Positions 23,666 through 30,346 of a stretch of 32,305 nucleotides of DNA are shown piece after piece. This DNA comes from a virus (Duplodnaviria; Caudoviricetes): IMG/VR virus record IMGVR_UViG_3300025874_000046, positions 1 to 32,305 of that record. The stretch is one strand, 5' to 3'. Below the pieces are notes generated by a model that had not been told where the DNA came from, searched no databases, and saw only the letters and a list, made by a program, of their open reading frames with translations. A program made the position numbers and the translations under genes. Numbering within the stretch: the first letter of the stretch is position 1; every line of letters starts with the position of its first letter.

Positions 23666-23757
23666 TGTAACGATTAACCTACTTAATAGGAAGAACTCTC
23701 CGCATAAGCACCTAGTTATAAGGTGTAACGATTAACCTACTTAATAGGAAGAACTCT
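23666..23757 (+). promoter_or_regulatory. Two tandem phage RNAP promoters (copies 2 and 3, 58 bp apart)
   Basis: Identical 34-mers at 23666-23699 and 23724-23757, both followed by CCGCA, upstream of the replication genes. Confidence 0.85.
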
Positions 23758-23830
23758 CCGCACATACCGCCTATAAGGCTAGCTGCGACCCAACCCAAAA
23801 CCTCAAAGTAAACCATAAGGAATTAAGACA

Positions 23831-23995
23831 ATGAATATAGTGAATGATTTAGGTAAAGCACTTGACCATGCCAATGAGCAGGTAGATCGCATGGCGGGTG
23901 TTAGTACGACAAAAGAATATAGTGACTCACTGACTAAAGACCACTGTGGCAAGTACCTAGTACGCCCCGACGGTTCAGTCGAGTTTATTAAGTAA
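23831..23995 (+). CDS. Small hypothetical protein, 54 aa (not in the ORF track)
   Basis: RBS taagga. MNIVNDLGKALDHANEQVDRMAGVSTTKEYSDSLTKDHCGKYLVRPDGSVEFIK. Confidence 0.7.
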   Translation: MNIVNDLGKALDHANEQVDRMAGVSTTKEYSDSLTKDHCGKYLVRPDGSVEFIK

Positions 23996-24080
23996 TCAAC
24001 CCCAACAACAAATGTAACACCCCTCTAAGTAACAACCCTCTAAGTAACAACCCCAACCAAAACTATTAATAAACCCCAAG
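23996..24080 (+). repeat. A/C-skewed intergenic tract with tandem CCCTCTAAGTAACAA repeats
   Basis: ...acccctctaagtaacaaccctctaagtaacaaccccaacc...; several AACCCC motifs and almost no G on the + strand. Confidence 0.7.
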
Positions 24081-24100
24081 GACACATGAGGAGTAACTCA

Positions 24101-24697
24101 ATGTCTAAAAAATCCCTATACGTAAATTTTGCCACATCAACTGGCCTTGCTAATTATGCATGGCTCAATAAACCAGATACTGGTTCCGAATATTCTGACG
24201 GCAAATATAAAGTCACCGTTGCTTGGAATAAAGACGACGCCTTTGTTGCTCAGTTAAAAGGCATTGTTAAAGATGCTGCACAACGTGAGTTTGGCGATAA
24301 GATTCCAAATGGCTTCAACAACCCATTAAAAGATGGTGATGCTGGTAACAAAGAACAGTTTGCCGGTAAAGTTTACGCAACCTTTAAGTCAACTCGTAAG
24401 CCCGTAGCTGTTGACGCTAAGAACCTGGAGCTGCCTGAAAATGTAATTATTATGTCGGGTGATGAAGTTCGAATTGCCGCAGCAGCAAAGGCCTATAACG
24501 GTGCGCAGCAGGGCGTATCGTTTTACCTTGATATGGTTAAGCTGATCTCTAAAAATAACGCCGGGGGTGGATCTTCCGCTGCTTCGTTGTTTGGTGAAGA
24601 CGAAGGTTTCTCAGCTGAAGGTATGGCTGCAGAAGCATTTGAGCCTGCTGCCGCCTCCGCGCCAACTGGTGCTGCAATCGACATAGACGACCTATAG
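24101..24697 (+). CDS. ssb: Single-stranded DNA-binding protein (T7 gp2.5-like)
   Basis: ATG at 24101 after GAGGAG. Motifs G.ANYAWLNKPD, GKYKVT, PLKDGD and GVSFYLDMV, with an acidic C-terminal tail. Confidence 0.85.
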   Translation: MSKKSLYVNFATSTGLANYAWLNKPDTGSEYSDGKYKVTVAWNKDDAFVAQLKGIVKDAAQREFGDKIPNGFNNPLKDGDAGNKEQFAGKVYATFKSTRKPVAVDAKNLELPENVIIMSGDEVRIAAAAKAYNGAQQGVSFYLDMVKLISKNNAGGGSSAASLFGEDEGFSAEGMAAEAFEPAAASAPTGAAIDIDDL

Positions 24698-24698
24698 C

Positions 24699-25160
24699 AT
24701 GACGGCCGCCGTTAGAAAGGCGGTTGCTAGTTCGGTTCGATTGATGCGCGAGCAGTCTGATGATGTCAGATTGTTCGTGCTCCCAGTAACCCCACGCCCG
24801 GCTTCAAGACCCCGTGTCACTAAGTGGGGTGTTTACTATGGAAAACCTTACACGCAATTCCGTCAACAAAGCCAACCATACGCCGATGCTTATGATTCGC
24901 ACCCCCCAATCTATGGACCCATTGCTATTTTAGTTGAGATTGTCTGTGAAAAACCAAAGACAGGAAAGCTAATCCACCCCCGCGGTGATGTCGATAACTA
25001 TGCTAAAGGTCCCCTTGATGTAATGACTAAATCAGGAAACTTTTGGAAGGATGATGTTCAAGTCGTTTCTATTCAGTGTGTCAAACGTTACGCCGACCCT
25101 ATTGAAGATGAGCAACCTGCTTGCAATATGTACTACTACGAAGTTTTCGAGGATAACTAA
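24699..25160 (+). CDS. rusA: RusA-like Holliday junction resolvase
   Basis: PRPASRPRV, GDVDNYAKGPLD and WKDDVQV match the DxDN..K..LD...DD catalytic pattern. Confidence 0.85.
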   Translation: MTAAVRKAVASSVRLMREQSDDVRLFVLPVTPRPASRPRVTKWGVYYGKPYTQFRQQSQPYADAYDSHPPIYGPIAILVEIVCEKPKTGKLIHPRGDVDNYAKGPLDVMTKSGNFWKDDVQVVSIQCVKRYADPIEDEQPACNMYYYEVFEDN

Positions 25161-25169
25161 GGACAAATT

Positions 25170-25439
25170 ATGGCTACACATACCCCAACAAAAATGAGTC
25201 AAGATGAAATGCTAACCCGGCATTTACTTGAAGTCGGTTCTATTACCGGTGTTGAAGCACAAACCATCTACAAGACTCGCTGTCTAACGAGCAACATCAG
25301 ACGACTTCGTGTCAATGGTTTAAATATCCACACCGAGTACAAAAAAGACTTATCAGGGCAACGCTATGCTCGCTACCACTGCTTAGATTCAAAAAACTGC
25401 AACCGTAATATACGGAAGGCGGCCGCTGATGCTAAGTAA
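25170..25439 (+). CDS. Small winged-HTH DNA-binding protein (HTH_39-like)
   Basis: MSQ..ML..HL...GSITGVEA...Y....LTSNIRRLR..G..I......RYARY. Confidence 0.7.
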   Translation: MATHTPTKMSQDEMLTRHLLEVGSITGVEAQTIYKTRCLTSNIRRLRVNGLNIHTEYKKDLSGQRYARYHCLDSKNCNRNIRKAAADAK

Positions 25440-25641
25440 AATTTATAATTTCCCCCGCAACGTTGTTGGCTACAGCTTAATTGCAGTTGGTTTTGTTATT
25501 GCTTGGACGGGTTCAATACTAACGCGTTTAGGTGCTTTTTGCTCTTCAATAGAAGTGGCTATTTATACCAAAGGCGAAGACATGACCGACGAAGAGTTTG
25601 AGCAAGCCATCGAAAAGCTACGCAAAGCACACAAAGACTAG
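25429..25641 (+). CDS. Small membrane-associated hypothetical protein
   Basis: Hydrophobic segment VVGYSLIAVGFVIAW; overlaps the previous stop. Confidence 0.6.
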   Translation: MLSKIYNFPRNVVGYSLIAVGFVIAWTGSILTRLGAFCSSIEVAIYTKGEDMTDEEFEQAIEKLRKAHKD

Positions 25642-25651
25642 GAGGTGCCCC

Positions 25652-26452
25652 ATGTATAAAAATGAAACTGGATACCAACAACTGTTATTAGATGTACTTA
25701 CAAATGGTGACAGTCGTCCTGATCGTACAGGAACAGGTACGCTTTCTATGTTTGGTCAACAGATCACATTTGAAGATATTGAAAACCACTTTCCGCTATT
25801 TACCAGCCGTAAGATATTTACTAAAGGTGTTATTGGTGAGCTATGCGGATTCTTACGTGGTGCAATGTCAACTCAAGAACTAGAAGCGTTTGGTTGTAAT
25901 TATTGGAATGCATGGGCATTGGATTGTCAAGAAGATAACTTAGGCCCAATCTATGGGGCGCAATGGCGAAACTTTAATGGCGATGGAACTGACCAAATTG
26001 CCGAGCTTGTTAGCAATCTAAAAACAGACCCTTACTCACGTCGGCATTTAGTCTCTTGTTGGAATCCTGTAGAGCTTGATGATATGGCACTTCCGCCATG
26101 TTTTGATTCGTTCCAGGTCTATGTTGCTAAAGGTGCTTTGCACATGATTGTCCGAATGCGATCAAGTGATTTAGCAGTAGGCTTACCTTCAGATGTCATG
26201 TTCCATGCGCTGTTATTAAAGTTATTAGCTAACGAAATAAATCTTGAATCAGGCAACTTAACTTTCTGGTTAGGTGATACCCACATTTACAACAATAACT
26301 TGGAGCAGGCTCGTTTAATTGCAAGTCGCGAGTTGTACCCGCCATGTACAGTAACTATAGAAGATGTACTTACTGTAGAGGTAGAGCCCAGCGACATAAC
26401 TATTAAAAACTATGAGCATGGGCCAAGAGTGCCTTTGGAGTTAGCACTATGA
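25652..26452 (+). CDS. thyA: Thymidylate synthase-family enzyme with Asp at the dUMP/dCMP specificity position
   Basis: ATG at 25652 after AGGAGG. Motifs DRTGTGT, LGPIYGAQWR, SRRH, MALPPC, RSSD and GDTHIY.N. It has GLPSD where canonical ThyA has GLPFN. Confidence 0.88.
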   Translation: MYKNETGYQQLLLDVLTNGDSRPDRTGTGTLSMFGQQITFEDIENHFPLFTSRKIFTKGVIGELCGFLRGAMSTQELEAFGCNYWNAWALDCQEDNLGPIYGAQWRNFNGDGTDQIAELVSNLKTDPYSRRHLVSCWNPVELDDMALPPCFDSFQVYVAKGALHMIVRMRSSDLAVGLPSDVMFHALLLKLLANEINLESGNLTFWLGDTHIYNNNLEQARLIASRELYPPCTVTIEDVLTVEVEPSDITIKNYEHGPRVPLELAL

Positions 26453-26634
26453 AAACCGCACTAATAGGTGATTACGATTCAGTCGAGGCTTTATATGACG
26501 ATTACCTTGATCTTTTAGACATATTAAAAGACCACGGCAACGAGGAAATACCAACGCTAGAGCAGTTTGCAATCTGGCGGGCTGAAGAATTTGAAGCCAA
26601 CGAAGTTGATGTCATAACCCCATCAATACACTAA
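26449..26634 (+). CDS. Small acidic hypothetical protein
   Basis: ATGA overlap; 61 aa; D/E-rich. Confidence 0.65.
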   Translation: MKTALIGDYDSVEALYDDYLDLLDILKDHGNEEIPTLEQFAIWRAEEFEANEVDVITPSIH

Positions 26635-26655
26635 CTATAAGTCTGAGGAGGCCCT

Positions 26656-28317
26656 ATGCAACATGAAGAATCTGAATTTGTAGAACATATAGCTTGTGAT
26701 GCATGTGGCTCATCCGATGGCAATGCTTTATTTAGTGATGGCCATACATTCTGTTATGTATGCAATACACACAAGCATGCCGATCAGGTTAACCCTGATG
26801 CCGCCCCAAGTCCAAAGGCTAAAACCGATCTTTTTAACGACAGTTTTATAAAAGGTGATTACCAGGACCTAGTGAAACGCAAGATCAGCGCTTCGACCTG
26901 TAAGTCTTTAGGTTATCAGGTAGGTGAGTACCAGGGCCAACCTTGTCACATAGCACCCATCTACAACGAAAAGAATCAACTAGTCGCCCAGAAGATCAGG
27001 ATGCCGGGCAAAGATTTCAGAGTAGTCGGGGATATGAAAGCAGGCGGTTTAATCTTTCAGCACAAATGCAAACCAGGTGGTAAGCGTTTAGTGATCACCG
27101 AGGGTGAGCTTGATGCCTTGAGTTATGCCACAGTCGCCCCAGGTTGGGAAGTTGTGTCATTGCCTAATGGTGCTTCAGGTGCCGCTAAGTCAATCAAACG
27201 TGCATTAGAGTTTGTTGATAGCTTTGAAGAAGTCTGTTTCATGCTAGATAACGATGAGCCCGGGCGTGCAGCCGCCGTTGAGTGCGCTGAGCTACTGTCT
27301 CCGGGCAAAGCTAAGATTGTGACGCTAGAGCTTAAAGATGCTAACGAGATGCTTATTGCAGGGCGCATCAAAGATCTTAAAAACAGTGTGTACAACGCGA
27401 AGCCATTCAGTCCTGAAGGCATTGTCCTAGGCAGCGAGCTAACAATTGCAGAGCTACAGAGCGTCACGCCTAAAGGTCACTGCATTCCCTATGTACAACT
27501 AAACAAAATGATTAGAGGTATCAGGAAGCGCGAGTTGATAATGCTTTGCGCCGGCTCCGGGATTGGTAAATCATCATTTGCCCGGGAGCTAGGTTATCAC
27601 TTAGCAGTTGAGCATGGTCAAAAAGTTGGCTATGTGATGCTAGAAGAGTCTGTTGCAAAGACAGCGCAAGCAATGATTGCTCTTGATAACAATGTGCCGC
27701 TCGGCGATCTAATGGAAGAGTCTGCAATCCTAACCCAAGAACAATGGGAAGCCTCGTTTAATAAGGTAGTTAAGCCTGCCGCGTTTTACGATTCATTTGG
27801 TAGCTCTGAAATCGATAATCTAATTGCCAAAATGCGTTACTTGGTAGTCGGGCTTGAGTGCGACTTTATTGTACTCGATCACGTTAGCATGGTGGTATCA
27901 GGTGGCACAGATGACGAGCGTAAAGCATTGGATATGTTGATGACTAAGCTGCGTCAAATGGTAGAAAACACCGGGGCCGGCGTTATTGCTATCTCGCATA
28001 TAAAACGGGGTAACAAGGATAAGTCTTATAACGAAGGCGCAACGATTTCACTAACTGATTTGCGTGGCTCAGCCGCTATTGAGCAATTAAGCGACATTGT
28101 AGTTGGGCTAGAGCGCGATCAGCAAGCTGAAGAAGAATCAAACGTTGCTAAATTAAGGTTACTCAAAAACCGCCCATTCGGTCACGTAGGCCCTGCAGGA
28201 CATATAGCTTATGACACTGAAACGGGCCGCATGAATCCTGTCGACTTTGAACCTACACAAAACCAACAACCCATGTCTCAAGACACACCTCCCTGGGATA
28301 CCTTAGCTGAAATTTAA
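26656..28317 (+). CDS. T7 gp4-like primase-helicase
   Basis: Zn finger CDAC...CYVC, TOPRIM ITEGELDA / DNDEPG, Walker A AGSGIGKS, LDHVS, LRGSAAIEQLSD and KNR. Confidence 0.96.
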   Translation: MQHEESEFVEHIACDACGSSDGNALFSDGHTFCYVCNTHKHADQVNPDAAPSPKAKTDLFNDSFIKGDYQDLVKRKISASTCKSLGYQVGEYQGQPCHIAPIYNEKNQLVAQKIRMPGKDFRVVGDMKAGGLIFQHKCKPGGKRLVITEGELDALSYATVAPGWEVVSLPNGASGAAKSIKRALEFVDSFEEVCFMLDNDEPGRAAAVECAELLSPGKAKIVTLELKDANEMLIAGRIKDLKNSVYNAKPFSPEGIVLGSELTIAELQSVTPKGHCIPYVQLNKMIRGIRKRELIMLCAGSGIGKSSFARELGYHLAVEHGQKVGYVMLEESVAKTAQAMIALDNNVPLGDLMEESAILTQEQWEASFNKVVKPAAFYDSFGSSEIDNLIAKMRYLVVGLECDFIVLDHVSMVVSGGTDDERKALDMLMTKLRQMVENTGAGVIAISHIKRGNKDKSYNEGATISLTDLRGSAAIEQLSDIVVGLERDQQAEEESNVAKLRLLKNRPFGHVGPAGHIAYDTETGRMNPVDFEPTQNQQPMSQDTPPWDTLAEI

Positions 28318-28387
28318 CGGCTTATTTTAACTAAAAATACCAGTAACTACCTGTTACATAACTTATTAATAATTAGAGGATCCATTA

Positions 28388-30280
28388 ATGCAAGACAATC
28401 AAATGACAGGCTACCAGCGCTACATAGCAATGAGCCGATATGCACGCTGGCTACCGGAACAAAACCGCCGGGAGTCCTGGGAGGAGACCGTTGATCGCTA
28501 CATGACAAACGTTGTCGGCGATAAAGTAGACCCTGGAACTTATAAAAGTATTGCTAAAGCAATTTTAAACCTTGAAGTTATGCCGTCAATGCGGGCAATG
28601 ATGACAGCAGGAGCAGCTATGGCTCGGGATAATACCTGCGCCTATAACTGTAGTTATTTACCTATTGAAGATCCTAAGTGTTTTGATGAGGCTATGTTTA
28701 TTTTGCTATGTGGGACAGGCGTTGGATTTAGCGTTGAAAGACAATATATTTCAAAGCTACCAGATATACCTAATAAGTTATTTGCCAGTGAATCTACCAT
28801 CGTAGTCCAGGACTCAAAAGAAGGGTGGGCTAAGGCATTAAGAAGTTTAATTAGTTTGCTTTATGCAGGCGAAATTCCAAAGTGGGATGTTAGCCGTGTT
28901 AGACCGGCCGGGGCAAAACTCAAAACCTTTGGTGGGCGTGCCAGTGGCCCGGGGCCTTTAGTTGATCTTTTTCAATTTACCTGCGAAACGTTCCAAGCCG
29001 CAGCAGGCACTAAGCTGTCATCAATTCAATGTCATGATTTAATGTGCAAAATTGGCGAAGTAGTTGTCTGTGGGGGTGTCCGCCGCTCTGCAATGATTTC
29101 ACTGTCTAATTTGTCAGATGATCGTATGCGCCATGCTAAATCTGGACGTTGGTATGACCTTGATGCACAGCGAGCCCTAGCAAACAACTCAGTGTGTTAC
29201 ACCGAAAAGCCTGACATGGAAACATTTATCCGTGAGTGGTCAGCTTTAGTTGAGTCTAAATCGGGTGAGCGTGGCATATTCAGTCGGGAAGCTGCTAAAA
29301 AACAAGCTGCTAAAAATGGCCGTAGAGATGCTAATCATGAGTTTGGTGTTAACCCTTGTGCTGAAATCTTACTGCGCCCTTATGGCTTTTGTAACCTAAG
29401 TGAAGTAGTGGCACGGCCGGACGATACGTTCGAAACACTTTCTGAAAAAGTTAGGCTAGCAACCATCTTAGGTACGATTCAAAGCACCTACACAGAATTT
29501 CCGTATTTGCGAGATATATGGCAGGACAACACAACCGAAGAGCGCCTACTAGGTGTGTCACTTACTGGCATTATGGATTGCCCGCTATTGACCTGTTTAG
29601 AGCAAACACCGGAAGTTTTAGATGCACTACAAAAAGTAGCTATTTCGACTAATGTAATTTGGGCCGGCGAGTTTGATATACCGACAAGCACAGCTATAAC
29701 AACAGTAAAACCATCAGGCACGGTTTCGCAACTAGTAGACAGTGCTTCAGGCATACACACCCGCCATTCAGATTACTACATTCGTACAGTACGCGGCGAT
29801 GATAAAGATCCATTAACATTGTTTCTCAAAGATGCCGGAGTGCCTAATGAGCCATGCGTAATGGGTGGCCCTACAACTGTGTTTAGCTTTCCAACTAAGT
29901 CACCTGAAGGTGCTGTTACTAGAGATGATGTTGATGCAATTAAGCAGCTAGAGATCTGGCTCATGTATCAACGCAAATGGTGTGAGCATAAGCCTTCAGT
30001 AACTATATCAGTGCGGGATAACGAGTGGCTAAAGGTTGGCGCCTGGGTATTTGAGCATTTCAACGAGGTGTCTGGAGTATCGTTCCTACCACATAGTGAC
30101 CATAGCTATAAGCAAGCGCCTTATCAGGAATGTGCTGAAGACACTTATGAAGAAGCACTTTTAAACATGCCTGAAAACATTGACTGGAGCAAGCTACCGC
30201 AGTTCGAAAAAGAAGACACTACAAAAGGTAGTCAAACACTAGCCTGTTCGGCAGGCGTTTGTGAAATTGTAGACATTTAG
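28388..30280 (+). CDS. nrdJ: Class II (adenosylcobalamin-dependent) ribonucleotide reductase
   Basis: YNCSY, GTGVGFSV, GGVRRSA, NPCAEI, FCNLSEV, VKPSGT and C-terminal CSAGVC; no beta subunit gene alongside. Confidence 0.92.
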   Translation: MQDNQMTGYQRYIAMSRYARWLPEQNRRESWEETVDRYMTNVVGDKVDPGTYKSIAKAILNLEVMPSMRAMMTAGAAMARDNTCAYNCSYLPIEDPKCFDEAMFILLCGTGVGFSVERQYISKLPDIPNKLFASESTIVVQDSKEGWAKALRSLISLLYAGEIPKWDVSRVRPAGAKLKTFGGRASGPGPLVDLFQFTCETFQAAAGTKLSSIQCHDLMCKIGEVVVCGGVRRSAMISLSNLSDDRMRHAKSGRWYDLDAQRALANNSVCYTEKPDMETFIREWSALVESKSGERGIFSREAAKKQAAKNGRRDANHEFGVNPCAEILLRPYGFCNLSEVVARPDDTFETLSEKVRLATILGTIQSTYTEFPYLRDIWQDNTTEERLLGVSLTGIMDCPLLTCLEQTPEVLDALQKVAISTNVIWAGEFDIPTSTAITTVKPSGTVSQLVDSASGIHTRHSDYYIRTVRGDDKDPLTLFLKDAGVPNEPCVMGGPTTVFSFPTKSPEGAVTRDDVDAIKQLEIWLMYQRKWCEHKPSVTISVRDNEWLKVGAWVFEHFNEVSGVSFLPHSDHSYKQAPYQECAEDTYEEALLNMPENIDWSKLPQFEKEDTTKGSQTLACSAGVCEIVDI

Positions 30281-30285
30281 ACCTC

Positions 30286-30310
30286 AAGGGGGTGCAGACG
30301 TGCCCCCTTT
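30286..30310 (+). terminator. GC-rich hairpin, probable weak terminator
   Basis: AAGGGGG(T)GCA-gacg-TGCCCCCTT followed by a short T run. Confidence 0.55.
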
Positions 30311-30346
30311 CCTTAAAGCATCAATAAACCTAAATAGAGGCACAGC

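Noticed and set aside
23666-23764. Mini-CRISPR from two identical 34-38 bp repeats
   Set aside because: A third isolated copy lies at 20450 before a gene, and the sequence has T7-promoter layout, so tandem promoters explain it better.
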